Shown one piece after another: positions 33,139-46,641 of a stretch of 64,000 bases of DNA. The DNA comes from Psilocybe cubensis. Lineage: Eukaryota. The stretch's first letter is position 1, and the number at the start of each line of letters is the position of its first letter. The DNA lies in NCBI GenBank assembly GCA_017499595.2, contig CM039002.1, forward strand, positions 2,480,001 to 2,544,000. The letters are read 5' to 3'. The notes beneath the pieces are model-generated. The model saw only the letters and a program-made list of their open reading frames with translations. It was not told the DNA's origin and made no database searches. Made by a program: the position numbers and the translations under genes.

Positions 33139-34772
33139 CTAGCTAAATTCTAATATAAAGACTTCGGCAGTGCTATGTACACCAACAAACAGTCTTCCCC
33201 TCGTTTCTTCCAGATATAATGCCTTGCAGTCCCTGGCCTCGAAAGGCAGCGGCAATTCCGGAGGTTGCAAATCAGTAACAAGATACGAGCCATCTTCTCC
33301 AAATGACCCCTTCACAAGGTGGTACTCGTCGTTGTTCCATTGATGTGCAAGCCATACTGCGCGGCTACCAGAAGTGCCGATGCATATTGGTTCCAGTGTC
33401 GAGTTTGGTGGCGTAGGGAAGGAATGTAATGGTTTCCAACCGGTGAACTCCAGATTCTGCTGACTAGTGTCGATAGGAAACTGGAAAATATCTACTCTTC
33501 CATTTTCCATTGGAGACAGAGGGGAATGATTGACCATTATTCTAAAAGACTTCAAGCCAAATGGTGTATAAAAAGGCTCTGAAGATATGGACATTTCGAG
33601 GTTTCTGATTGCGACGGTTTCATAGTCGACGATGGACGAATCCCACTTGGCAAGAGGCATGGTATGCTCGTCAAAATCAGGTGGGATTGGTATCGTAGAA
33701 AATATAGCCATGGGTAATTTCCGAACTTGAAGTTTGATTTTGTCCTTGATAGACCCGACAATGATGATGTACGGAGGATATATTTTGAATTGCATACGGC
33801 CACAATCAAATTTCTGGAAGAGGATTGAAAAACTAATGATAAAAATAAATTGTGGACGTACATTGATTTCGGGAGAGTCTATTTTCAAGTACACATTGGT
33901 ATCTGTATTCAGGAGAAGAATTTGGTGCTTCCACGATGCAAGACCCACTTGTGCAACCGCAGCAGCAACGATAGATCCAGATATCTGAGAATAGTAAAGC
34001 AAACCAGAATGTTCTATGAGGAGCTCTTTCTCCAAATAAGGTTTGTTGTCTATTGAGCGTCTGCCCTTTAAATTTAAAGTATATATAGTCCACAGGCTAG
34101 TAAGGGTCATGGGATCAGCGACAGCAAAGGACAAGAAGCCATTGAAAGTTACCCATTTGGCACTGTGGCAGAAGATCCCAAGGCTGATATCAAAGCAATA
34201 TGCTTTCCCCTACAGAGAGCAGTCTCAAACGAAAAGGCGCGCACCGGTTCGAAAGAGATGACGCAAGCTGGCGCAGAACCAATCAACTTGTCATTAGGGG
34301 TAATAGTATCCAGGCGCCACACCGATATATTTATTGTGTTAGAGGAGCCCCGAGCACGGGAGGAAGTCACGAGCCAGTTCCTGCCGAGAGTCTGCATTTC
34401 TGTGACGGGAGTACGTGGATGAATTTTGGAGATTCGAGTGACCTTGGAGACACGGCTGTTCCAGTTCTCATCGAGCCTCAGAGCACGAATCACAGAGGAT
34501 TTTATTTCGGAGCCGGACAGGTCCAACAGTTTTCCTTCAATATCAAGAGGAAGATCAGATTTGATATGGTGCCAGACATAATCCGTGGAACCGAGTGCGT
34601 GTATACCACGACATGTCTGCGTGTTCAAATGACTGCGGAATCAGTACTAACCCATGGATGTAGACGAACTGCAGGGGCTTACCTGGATGAATGAAAGCAA
34701 ATCTCGAGGGCCAAGATATGCACAGATGGTAATAATTACATCGGGAGGTAGCTGTGCAATGTTACGGGGCAT
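33139..34772 (-). CDS. F-box protein, subfamily B
   Basis: MPRNIAQLPPDVIITICAYLGPRDLLSFIQ|TCRGIHALGSTDYVW; beta-rich C-terminus ending LYLEETRGRLFV; paralog of 44783-46467. Confidence 0.8.
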
Positions 34773-34963
34773 CGGAGACGTGGTAGTAGAAATATAAAAG
34801 GAGGAGATAAGATTGCGGAGTTTCTTAAACTTGGTTACAAATCATTGTTAACAACGCCAAAGCTCGGCTATTGTAATGCACTTTAAAGGCTTTCTTCCTT
34901 TCAAGAGCCGTTTCACCCATGAAGCAACCACTTTCCCCCTCATACATTTCCCGTTCCTCAGCA

Positions 34964-37675
34964 ATGTCAGAGCTTGATAGCCTCTCCGACTCCGACTGGC
35001 TCGACATCGCCAGTGGCAGAGACTCAGATGACAATGATTCACTCAGCGACCAGGACAGCGATCGCGACGAGATCAGCTCGATGCCACGGTCTCGCAGGTC
35101 TTCGATAAGCAACGGCGACTCTGTGAGCAGCGACGTTGAGGCTTGGGAGGGCTTTGTGTCCGACGGCGGCGACGAGGCAGAGGCTATCACTGGCATGTAT
35201 ACTGTGCCACTTCCGTCTGCTCTGGGGGCTCAACCGCTTGTGCTAGGGTTTGACCCCATAGTACCGATAGTCGACGAAGCCATCGCAGCGGAGGACAGGC
35301 GAGTTAGGGAAGCCCTTGACCAGAGCTTTGTAGGCACCCTGAGCGCCTCTGCCCGCGCTGCCACAGGCAGTGCACATACTTCCATTCGCGATCTTCGTCT
35401 TTCATTTCCCGACCCCATAACCAGCTCTAGAGATGAATTGCATAGGTCCTACGAGACGGTATCTTCACCTACAGAGACGACCCTTACCTCCACCACCGAC
35501 AACGATGACATCGTTCCCGGTACAGAGCCTGAATCTAGCCATATGCCTTCAGAACTCCCGGCGCCCCCTCCGATTGAGGATCCGGGTCTGCCATCTACAA
35601 CACCCGCGGTCCAACATCACGAGGTCCAACCCCTTGAGACTGCTGAGGAGACGAAGGCGCAAGCCGAATTAGAAATAGTTCTCTATGGCGCTTCTTCCGA
35701 GGTTAAGTGCAAATTTGTCCAGGAGTTGATCCATAGTGCCACAACTGCATCTGGTTACACCCCTGTTGATAAACTTCGCGAGGGGGAACATATCCAGACT
35801 CTCCGTTTCACCAAGAGCTCTGACAACATCTCAAAGTTCTTCAACGCCATCGATATCTCAGACCGAACCAACAACATCGTTGGCGTCGTGAGTATCCTCC
35901 GTAGCAACCTTTTTCTTTTCGGGCACCTTTTCATTTCTTTCGCTTGCTTTTTTGTCTTTTAGGACAACGTTGATCGTTTCGATTGTCCTTCTTTGGCCGT
36001 TGTATACTTACCGACTGTCAAACTTCCCGTTCTAGCCTGGCACGATGCTTACCTTCCTGTAGTCATTCCCACTCCTGACTCAGAGCTCGACGATGCCGTC
36101 ATGCTTCAGAACGCTGAAGATGACTGGGACCTCCTTGCCATCCCTTCGAACAGAGTAGTCAAGCTCGGGACATCTAAATCATCTATCTTCAATCCCAAGG
36201 ACTTGGTGCAGCTTAGCTCTGTGCAAATTCTACAGATTCTCCGTGGAATTGGCCGTGATACCAAGAAGATTACTGCACTGAAGCCGCTTACTGAGCAGGT
36301 CAAGTCCGTCAACGCGGTCACTTTGTATGCATTCCCATCTTATCATATTTTCATTTCTCATTTCTTATCGTCGATTTATTTTTTGCTTCCAATATATAGG
36401 TTCGCTCTTATGTCGATAATCATGGGCTTTGCATTCAACACGGCGTTCCGCTCTCCCACCCCTTCCCCAACACCCACTGTCAATACACCTTCTGGAGGGA
36501 CGTCGCATGCAAGCCAGTTATGGGGCCTCTTCGCAACCCAGCCCAATAAGTCTATCCTTGCATCATCTATGGGGACTACCCCGGCGTCCACTCCCGGTTT
36601 AGGCGTTGGTTCCTTGAAAGACATGGCCTTATCTGTCTTTAACCCCGGTAGCACATCACTCTCTGTGACGCCCCCGCTGACATCTAAGAGCCTCAGTGTG
36701 GCTAGTGTTGCATCCAAAGAGGTCTCACACACCAATGGCCATACCAAGGCGGTATCCGCGACCAAGTGCCAACAATGCCCGGCTGATACCAGCTCCAGCA
36801 AGGCGGGAGTCGATAAGGCGCGCGTTTTTACCGATGTCGCCGTCAAGTCTACCGCAACTGCGCTTTCCAAGGTCTCGTACATGACACCTGCAGTGTCTTC
36901 TCATGCTCAGGTCAACGATGCCTCTACTGCCTCCGGCTCCGGTTCCGGGACATCCGTCGAGCGGCTCACCGTCCTCCCCACCTCTGGGAGCAGCACCGGC
37001 GCTGAACAACCTCTCGGCGTGAGCATGAATGTGAACCTGAACGCCGTCTCCTCCGCTCTCGACGCGACAACCAAAGCGCTCGTCTCGTCGCTCAGCAACG
37101 TGAATGCGGGCGTGAATCCGGATAGCATCTCTGACCGACTCTCGTCGACGCTGTCTGCTGCCGACACGTTGCTCAGTAACCTGCGCGCGCAGACGGACGT
37201 TGTGATCCGCTCGTCGAAGGGGAAGGCGCGCGCACTGAGCACGCACCTTGTCAGTCTCCCCGAGCGCGTGGATAGGCGCAATAGACGCGCGAGGCGTAGG
37301 GCAAAGCAGCTCCGGGAGAAGGGGGAGAAGATGGTCAAAGGCGTGAGCGAGACTGTGAGGGAGAGAACCGAGAGGGCGAGGAGGAGGGCCAGGGAGTTGG
37401 GTGGGGCGGTAGTTGGTGTCGGTGCTGATGTGTGGGGCAGCTATGAAAGAGCTCAAGGAGACTGGGAGGGGGTCTTGTCGAATGCCCGTGTGGCTACCAA
37501 GAGAAACAACGGTCAGGCAAAGAGAACCAACGAAGGAGCCGACAAAGATAATAAAGTTAGAAGGTGGGAGGGAAGGGACAAGGAGAATATCAGGCCACCA
37601 GCAGAGACTAGGAATTGCTGGAAAGATAAGCTTTCCATCCGCAGGCAGATGAGAAGAGGTTTGGATTACCTTTGA
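34964..37675 (+). CDS. uncharacterised single-pass membrane protein (3 exons)
   Basis: ORFs 34919..35962 and 35993..37675 joined through introns 35888-35962 and 36325-36399. Acidic N-terminus, hydrophobic VTLFALMSIIMGFAF segment, Ser/Thr-rich region and basic helical C-terminus. Confidence 0.75.
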
Positions 37676-38247
37676 AGGTACAATGACTTTCCTTAACGCT
37701 TTTTACAGGCTAGTTGGCATCATTGCTCGCCAGGTTTTTGGAACACTGTTTGACTGTATGTAAACTTTAAACAACTTACGAACCAAACCATATATATGTA
37801 TACTCAGTAAATAACTGCTATATGAGGAATAAGAATCAAGAACTTTTAAACTGTAGCACCATGCAACGCTGCTGTTGTCTGTCCGAACACAGCAGTGACA
37901 CTCAAAACCGGTAGGAACCAATTAAGAAACGATATCAATATAATCAAACCAACATTGCTTTTTCGATCACCCAAAAATTCGAAATATGCCTGAAAACGTT
38001 GTAATTAAAGCTGAAAAACACTGTAATCGGGCCTGAAAACATGGTAACACAGGGGAAATAACGTGATAAATTACCTCCCGTCTTTCCGTGCAAAAACACT
38101 GGGGAAATAGCATGTGTACAAACAGAATTATTGACATGAAGTATACAAATGATGTTGTAGCGGTCCGTATTTCATCTATGGCAGAAATTACAAGTTTTGT
38201 TAGTGTTGTTGTTTTCGAGATTACCAAACACTCGTAGAAATAGTAAA

Positions 38248-39994
38248 TCAAACATCCTTGTTGTCGACTAGCCGATCCACAACAACCGGCTTGACAGTAT
38301 CAGCACCGGTATCGAGTCGTTTCAGCGCCTCTGACGCGTGTTGAATACCTTCTTGCATGTCGATCTTGCGGGCCTGCTCCAGCGACTCGGAGAGCAGCGC
38401 ACGAGCGCGCGGTTCGTCTCCCGCGAGCTCCCGGACCATAGCGACGTTGTATAAAAGTGCCACCAACGCCTCCTCGCACACGTCGTGTCTGATTGGGCTT
38501 GCCTTGCGCGCGGCCATGACGGTTTCTAGTCCTTTGCGCGCCCAAGCTTCGGCTTGTGATGTGGCTTCGAGCGTGGCGGTCGCGCGTGTCAGGTTGCGCA
38601 CGAGCAGTTCGGTGATGTTCCCCATCAGCTGAGCACCGCGGCATTTGTCCTCGACGGGCGTTACGGTCGGCGCTGGAGGAATGAGGATGGCGATAGCCTG
38701 TAGATAGAGAGGGAGCGCGAAGCTAAGGTGTTTATGTCAATAATGAGTGTTGCTAGAGCAGCATGGGCGACAAACTCACGGTACATTGCCCTCCTCGGCG
38801 TAGAAAGTACCCAACGCCTCAAATGGCGCAGCTATGTCGTGTCTCATCACCCAGACCGGCAAGCCTAACTGCTCGACCAGAACTTTCACCTCTGGCCGAC
38901 CTGCGTCTTCGCCACCGCGCATGGCTCCAAGTCTACCAGCTCCCTCGCCCTGACCCACAGTGTGCACAACCTCGACAGCTGCAACGGGCGGGGTATCAAT
39001 GATGGTGCGCAGGATTGCCTCGACGCTCCAGACAAGCCAACGCTCTTCTTCCGCCCGAGGGCGTTTCAGCGCGTGCGCGAGTTCGGAAAGCTTATATGAG
39101 AGCGCTACCGCACGCATCTTGTCTGCGTTTGTCATGCCTTTTAAGGTCTCCACCCCAAGGTCAGGACGCGTATCCCGAGTGGATGGAGGCAGTCCGCCTT
39201 CGACTTCTACTTCTACTTCGACCTCGCCGTCCTCGGGACCTGCGCCTTTGACTTTGGATGTGGACTTTGCTTTGGGCAGGTGAGCGGTGCGCATGGTCCA
39301 GAATACGTCTTCATAGATGTCGTACGCCTCCGCAACAGCGCCTGCTTGTTCAAGAATCCCGCTAAGCGTTATCCCGATTCCAGTGGTCTTTAACAGCGGG
39401 TCTGGCCCGAAATCAGACAGCGGGAGTGTTTTGGTCTGTTGCCATGCGCTACATATAAAGTCAGTTGCAGTTTGCAGTTCTATCCTGGAGATGATCATAC
39501 CGGTAGAGATATTGCGCAGCGATACTGAGATCTCCTTTCCTCTTGGCCAGCAAACCTGCACGCAAATCGGCACGGATGTCCTGAGGCCACATGTGCATTA
39601 TAGAGTAGACCTCCCATCTACGCGAAATTGATAGTTAAGCTGTTAGTTTCGGGTGTGAGGTCTGATAAACTTACAGTCCATATGCCGTGAGACCAACACC
39701 AACAGTAAAAAGGCCTGCTAGAATCGGTGTGAAGCCCTTGTTTCTACCCGCAACGTAAGGTTGCCCTCCCGGTCCATCTAGACGCTGGTGTCGAGGTTCC
39801 TCCGTCTTCACTTCCTGGTAACCCTTGCCTTCGTCCGGGTATTCTGATGTCCCTGTCTGAGTGCTCAGAAACCGCTGAGATCTCAGAACTTGACTGCTTC
39901 TGGACAGAGAGCTGACGCTGTTCCTGTGTGGTGGCAAAATGCGTGGCAATGCCAAATGGGAGGTCTTCGAGAGTCTTGTAGAGACGGAGAACAT
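38248..39994 (-). CDS. mitochondrial inner-membrane TPR-like protein, Mgr3-like
   Basis: Presequence MFSVSTRLSKTSHLALPR; TM ILAGLFTVGVGLTAYGL; WPQDIRADLRAGL; FGPDPLLKTTGI; helical repeats EALGTFY...ALPLYLQAI. Confidence 0.65.
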
Positions 39995-40295
39995 TATTGT
40001 TTGGGAATAAGCGACTTTGGACGCAATTCCTGTGTCCAAGTCATGAATCAGAGACGAAACAAAGTCTGAGTATGAGCAGAAAGTTGAAACCAACTATCAG
40101 GGACGGAACCAAAAGTTATAGCTATTTTCATACACGGACTATGAATTCGCACCGGCATTTCGGCATACTATTTGCGCATGTTTAATAGGGATACTCTGGA
40201 TGTGCCAGTCTGCAAAAATTCACCACCGATCTTGCACCGAACGTTTGCCTACCCCACGGCCATATCTAGCAGATATACACCTGTTTCTACTCACA

Positions 40296-41548
40296 ATGCA
40301 ACCACGGATTCCCGTGGAAATTGTCGGTCTCATCATCGATATTGTGGCTCAAGCCGAAAAAAAACTGGATGACCAGTGCAGAAATATTAAAGCATGGTCG
40401 CTCACTTGCCGTGCCTTTCTTCCACAATGCAGGAGCCATATTTTCGCCGATATCAACGCCGATTCTTGGAATAAACTACCTAATTTATGCCGCCTTCTCA
40501 AGGACTCGCCATGGATTGGACACTACGTTCCCTCGCTCAAACTCGGTCTGCCATATGGATTCCAACGAGACTTACTTTCGGAGCTTCCGCATTTGAAGAA
40601 TGTGGTTCGGCTTAAATCCTTCTTCATTGACGGGCACCTAAGTTCATGGTTATATATTCCACTACCTGTTCAATCTATCATTTTACACCTCATGCATCTT
40701 CCGACTATTGATACTATTGGTTTCATAAACATATCAGACATGTCGCCATTACATTTGGCACCTTGCAATCTTGACAGTCTTACGCTGGATGACGAGTCAT
40801 TCGATGGCAAACGTTGCCCGGCACGCACCATCAAGTGTCATAGACTGTTTTTGAAGGAGCGCAAGACCATTACCAATACAATCAAAACGCTGAGCAAAGA
40901 TCAATTTGATCGACGTCTACTGAAATGCCTTCACCTGACCGCGACCACTGGCATGTATCAAGATTCAGAGACTCTGCATTGCCAACTCTTGACTGAGATG
41001 CCTTTCCTCGAGGAGCTTGAGATACGCTTATTTGGTATAGTGCCCCTGTCAAATTACATCTATCTTCACTGAATCCTTTGGTAGAAGATAATTTCTATTA
41101 CAACTTTTCATCTGCACTGGCCTCCGCGCCTCCCACATTGAAATCACTCAAAATCTGTATTACAATTGCCAGCCTTCGCGATGTACCCCATCTTGTCAAG
41201 GGGATTCAACAGGCGGCCGACACAGTGGGCCACATTGTTGAGCATCTCACCCTTAATGTTCTCTCAGATACTAGCTCAATTTTTCAGTTTCCTTTAGTTG
41301 AGGGCGTTCTTGAAGACCCTGGTAAATGGACGGCACTACAACGTTTGTCCCTTCGGATCGATATGCGATGTCTAGGGTTGGCCGCCGATACCCCCATCAG
41401 CTCGGAGGGCAACGAATTGAAACTTCGCCTCTACAAATTTCTGGAGGACAGAAACGTTCGATTCTTTTACTCCATTACTCCTAGAAGCTTCCAGGAGAGG
41501 GACTATGAGGTCGAGGAAATTGATTGGCAGGAAATGGTATGGGACTGA
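40296..41548 (+). CDS. F-box-like/LRR-like protein, subfamily A (2 exons)
   Basis: MQPRIPVEIVGLIID...SLTCRAFLPQCRSHIF; HLMHLPTI; C-terminal EIDWQE. Confidence 0.75.
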
Positions 41549-41678
41549 CGAGAGAATTGTCCCAAAGCATCAGCGAATTGAGACTGGTAGAAAGCTAGAA
41601 ACTCACGGTGATACAACCAGAACATGATTGAAATTATGCAGCTATAGTGCTATGAACCAGCGAGCTAAATAACACAAT

Positions 41679-42986
41679 TCATATACTACTAGGTATTTCC
41701 TTTATCTCTTGCCAATAGATCTGACTATCTCTGTCGTGATATCTAACAAGGTTGAGGTGAAAAGAGTAATATACTTTGAACCTGCGTTGTTGAGACGAAA
41801 GCTTGTATAAATGGGCTCGGACGGTGTTGTTCCACTTAACGAAGCGGTGCATCCCATCCGGTGGCCGTGGATAGGGTATGCTGAGATGAATTGCAAAATG
41901 TTGCAAAGATTTCCACCTCCCAGCATCCAACAGGACCTTTGTGAGTGTATCCCATTCAAATATTGGGATGCTAAAATCATTATCCCTAAACACTCCAAAA
42001 TTGAGATTGAGATATTGTATGGTTTTCCCAGCGATATCGCCAATCCTTTGAAGCTCCCGGGCAAGGTAGGGAATAGTCATTGGGATGAAATAGATGCTTG
42101 AGATTTTGAGGGATCTCAGTACATAAGATGGAGAGACCAAAAACGCTGAGAAGGTTCCGAAAGCTTGTTCACCTAAGGAGCGGGCAAGTCAATGATATCA
42201 GGTTAGACAGTAAATAGGACAACAGATCTGCTTACTTGAAAGGTAAATCTCAAGTTCATTAAGATTAGGAAATCCATTCAAAAGTTTCCCGTATTTCTGT
42301 GAAATGTCGGAGACTTCCAAGGACAGCCCCCGAAGTCCATGGCTATCAACAAGCGAACCTGTTCCCGTCCCCGCACCTAATATCTTGGTCATATGGTTGA
42401 CAATATTGGCGTCTTGGCCTGCTAGGCAAAGTCTACGACACTTCACGAGAGCAGAATCGTCCGTGAGTGTTGCTTGACTAAGCGTAAGAGATCGAAGACG
42501 TCCACATGGTGACAAGTCGGAAGGAAGGATATTCCATATACCGTGAAAGCCGAGATCGGTAATGGTCGGAAGGTGCATTAGGTGAAGGACGGAAGATCGA
42601 ACACCTGGTTGAAGTTGTGTCCAGATAATCTTAGGACTGTTCATGGCCACAACGTCAAGTCGTTCTAGAAGCGTGATATGACGCAAAGCAGACAACATGC
42701 TCGCGTTCAGAGAAATCTCTAAGCCAATAGAGAGAATGCGAACGTTGTGTCCAATCCATGGAGCGTTTGTGAGAAGTAATATGAATTTGTGAAGCTTCCA
42801 TACTGTGGCTTCGATACGGGAGAATATGTGCCTTCTACAATGCGGAAGAAAGGCACGACAAGTGGTCGAACAGGCTCTGGTATCTCTGTATGGCACTTCT
42901 ACTTGCCACTGCGTGTCTTCTAAGGCGACCATGTCGATAATCAAGCTGATAATCTCAGCCGGAAGCAGGTCATCGAGTGGGTACAT
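41679..42986 (-). CDS. F-box-like/LRR-like protein, subfamily A (2 exons)
   Basis: LLPAEIISLIID...CSTTCRAFLPHCRRHIF; HLMHLPTI; C-terminal QIYWQE. Confidence 0.75.
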
Positions 42987-43205
42987 GGCCGTTGTGGAAA
43001 GGGTTATGAGATTTGAGGCCGCGGGACAAGATCAGGCATCACTCAAACTGTCAAAATTAAAAATGATGCATGATGGCAAAGTCCTTCGACTGCGTGCGAC
43101 ACAATATAAACCTACCATTATCTGTGAAATGGGCTTGACACTGAAACTAAACCCTTCCCTTCCCACCTCCCATTGAGTGATCGAGTACTACCCGCTACTA
43201 ATAAC

Positions 43206-44500
43206 ATGCAAAGCCTCGTAGAGTTGATCCCGGCAGAAATCATTGGTCTCATCGTTGACGTGGTGTCTTTGGAAGGAGAAAGACGAAGTCGCTTTCAAAA
43301 TCTCAAAGCTTGCTCGCTCACCTGTCATGCCTTTCTTCCACACACCAGGAAGCAACTCTTTCGCGATATCCATGCCGACAAGAGGGATAGACTACTCAAG
43401 TTCTGCCGCCTGCTCAAGGATTCCCCATGGATCGGAGGCTATGTTCGATTACTGATCGTCTGGTTGCCACACATACTCAACCAGAGTAATCAGTGTTTTA
43501 ATGAAGAGATTCATCATCTGAAGTGTGTGGATCAGCTGAAGTCAATTCTCGTTGATGGCGGGCGGGCTCAATGGGCGGATATTTCGCCATCAGCTCGGTC
43601 TACTATCCTGCATCTCATCCATCTTCCGACAATTATGACCGTTGGTTTCATTAGAGTATCCGACGTGTCTCTTATGGAGCTTTCACCTTGCAATCTTCGC
43701 AATCTTACATTAAATGAAGCGTCGCTAAATAACAATCACGGACCTTCACACAACATCAAGTGTCATAAATTGAATTTGCACCATCCCGTGTCCATTCAAA
43801 ATGTGCTCAATACTCTTCGTGAGGATAGCAGCGGTAGATCGGTTTTTAATTCCAGTGAACTCAAAAGTCTTCGCTTCTCCGTGGTCAGCAATGGCACATT
43901 ACCTCTACATCGTCAACTGCTGGCTGCGATGCCTTTCCTTGAGGAGATTGAGGTACATATGTTAGGTATGATTCTGTTTTAATGGCTTCTAATGCTGTTC
44001 CTCTTTTCCTTTGTTCAGTCAGTCTTATATCTCTTCCCAAACATTTTAAGGCACTGTATTCTACACCCTATCAGCTCTCTTGGATTCACCCTCTGCGTCA
44101 TTAAAATACCTCAAAATCCGTATCGCTATCTCTGACCAATTTGGTATGACTCACCTTGTCAACGAGCTTATAAAGATTAGCGACACAGTAGGCCACATTG
44201 TCCAACATTTCAGTCTCAATGTTCTTTCTTCAATGCGACTCGGTTCAGTCACCCGACAGCCTCTTACTGAATCTATTTTCAAAGACCCAAAAAAGTGGAC
44301 CGCTTTGCAACAAATATCCTTTCGAATTTATGCGCAAAATCTACCAGCTAATACTGCTAAGGACTGGGACACCGTCATGAAGCTCCAACTGCATAGCTGT
44401 ACAGGGGAATTACAGGCTTTTCCATTCCATCACTAAAGCATGGACTGAACACTATGTTGAAGACGATGAAGTTATTTGGCAAGAATTAATAAAGGGTTGA
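43206..44500 (+). pseudogene. F-box-like/LRR-like gene, subfamily A, with a frameshift near the 3' end
   Basis: LIPAEIIGLIVD...CSLTCHAFLPHTRKQLF. The family C-terminus (NYRLFHSIT...EVIWQE*) lies in a different frame from ORF 44080..44436, implying an indel near 44400. Confidence 0.6.
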
Positions 44501-44782
44501 AGTGTTGCTCGTCACTCAAGAATACGACATACCTACTAATTTATGTACTATTCTATCTCAATAAATATCCCTCTCTCTGTTTTTTCTACTTATACAACTC
44601 GGGAGTACCCGTCCAATATTCAAGAGGAGTCAAAACCTGTTCATAGATTGAAGTACAGGGCCGAAGTCCCGAACCATTTTCCTCGGAGTTTGAGCAATTG
44701 TGTGCATGCGAATTACTAACTCCGCATTGTTGGTATTCTTTTTGACTCATTTCCCAACTAACATCCTTCTTAGATCTTATCG

Positions 44783-46467
44783 ATGAGTTTGAACATCAGT
44801 CAACTGAATCCAGACATTATAATCACCATATGCATTTTGTTGCACCCAGCAGATTTGCTCTCATTTATGCAAGTAAGTCCATACCAACATCTTTTTGTTG
44901 ACTGGCGGACATTGAGCAGTGCGATAGACTTGTCGTTTCATACATGATCTGGGGTCAACCGACTACGTGTGGCACAACATATCCATAGACTTACCTTTGG
45001 ACGTCGACAGAAGGCTATCAGAACTATCAGCATCAGATATAAAATGTGCCGTCATTTATGCTCTGAAGCTTGATCATAATTGGAACAGGCCTATGCCCAA
45101 AGTTTCTCGAGTTAGCCTGCTAGATTTCCCAATTGAAAGCGACATGGAGGATTATGGGTATCGCATACAGCCTCTGGGGGGAAATTGGGTTGTAGCTTCG
45201 CGTTTAAAGCACTCCCACAATCCGTTATCAAGCAAATTTTTCGTATCGATTTGTTACATGCACGTCACGACGGACAAAAACATAAAGGTCGGAACAACTT
45301 GCGCCATTGCTCTTTGTCCTGAACGTGCCGACAAGTTCAGAGCTTCTTTACGGAGGAAGGATAGTATATGCATCATATCAGCTTTCAGCACAAAAAGTAA
45401 CTTCGTAAGGTATACAACTTTATCAAAGTATGTTCGAGTCTCCGCGAACTCACCAAACTTTTAACCAGCTACTGGACAATATACAAGTTGGAATTACAAG
45501 AAGCTCGGTCTGCCGGTGACACAGGCAAAGCTGTATTACTGAAAGAGTATGTTCTGACAATGCGCAAGATAAAAATCTACCTTTCGGAGATTTCAGGATC
45601 CATCGCAGCAGTTTTAGGGTCTGATGCTTCCTCTAATGGCTTCCATTGGCTTCATCTTTTTAATACTGATACGAATGTTGCTCTGCGTATACGTACTCCG
45701 GAGTCTAGTGTGCGTTTTTTCTCTTATTGCTCCTCCAGAATGAATCAAGCTTGTTCTAGGTTGCAGGCGTTTGGTTGGTACCGTCGATCAGGTTCCATCT
45801 TCCATATATCATAACGATCGCCACGTATCCGGACAAATTGGCAGTGTTCGTTAGAGAAGTGCCAAGAAAAATCCTCTCAGATAAGGTGGAAAAGTCGTAT
45901 CCTTCGGATAATACAAACATTCCCACTGTGAACTGGGAATCTTCGGTGGTAGACTATGAAACCACACCACTTGAGTACGCAGAGCCTTCTCCCACCTTCG
46001 AGCCTTCAAACAATTTATGGGACCTTACATCCATAAGTATCATGGCTTATACTCAGCTCGAAACCCATGCGGTCTCTGATTTCAGCGATATAGTCGATTT
46101 CTTTCGGTTTCCGATCGACACCACCAAAAGGAATGTTTACATTACCGGGTGGAAGCCTTTGTTCACGTTTGGCGGTGTCTCCAAAATGAGGCTTCATCCA
46201 GATTGTATGGGTATGACGGGGAACCGTGTGATATGGCGCTCACGCTATTGGAATTCTTCAGACCGAGATGATATTACGATGGCATACTTTCCCTCTACAC
46301 TGCCGACCGTGCCCCCCATCTTAAGGCAGTTAATCCTTCCCAACTCAGGGGTTCCGTTTCATTTTACATGGTGTGATGATGGTCTGCACCTTGAAGAAGC
46401 CTCGGGACGCATATTCGTCACCGACGAGTGTTGCAAAACCTACCTTTTGGAATATGGCCCTCTCTAG
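44783..46467 (+). CDS. F-box protein, subfamily B
   Basis: MSLNISQLNPDIIITICILLHPADLLSFMQ|TCRFIHDLGSTDYVW; ends LHLEEASGRIFV; same intron positions as 33139-34772. Confidence 0.8.
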
Positions 46468-46641
46468 CGGCAGTTCTGCAGTGGTATTTATCGCATTCTA
46501 GCTGATACAACACATGCTATGATATTGACAGAATCGGCGAATGGATTCGATGTATTACATGCTAGCCTAGTTTGTGTATAAATGTTGAATACAGTACGCC
46601 AAATTAAGCCAAGCACTTACTTCTATACATATGTTCGTAGG

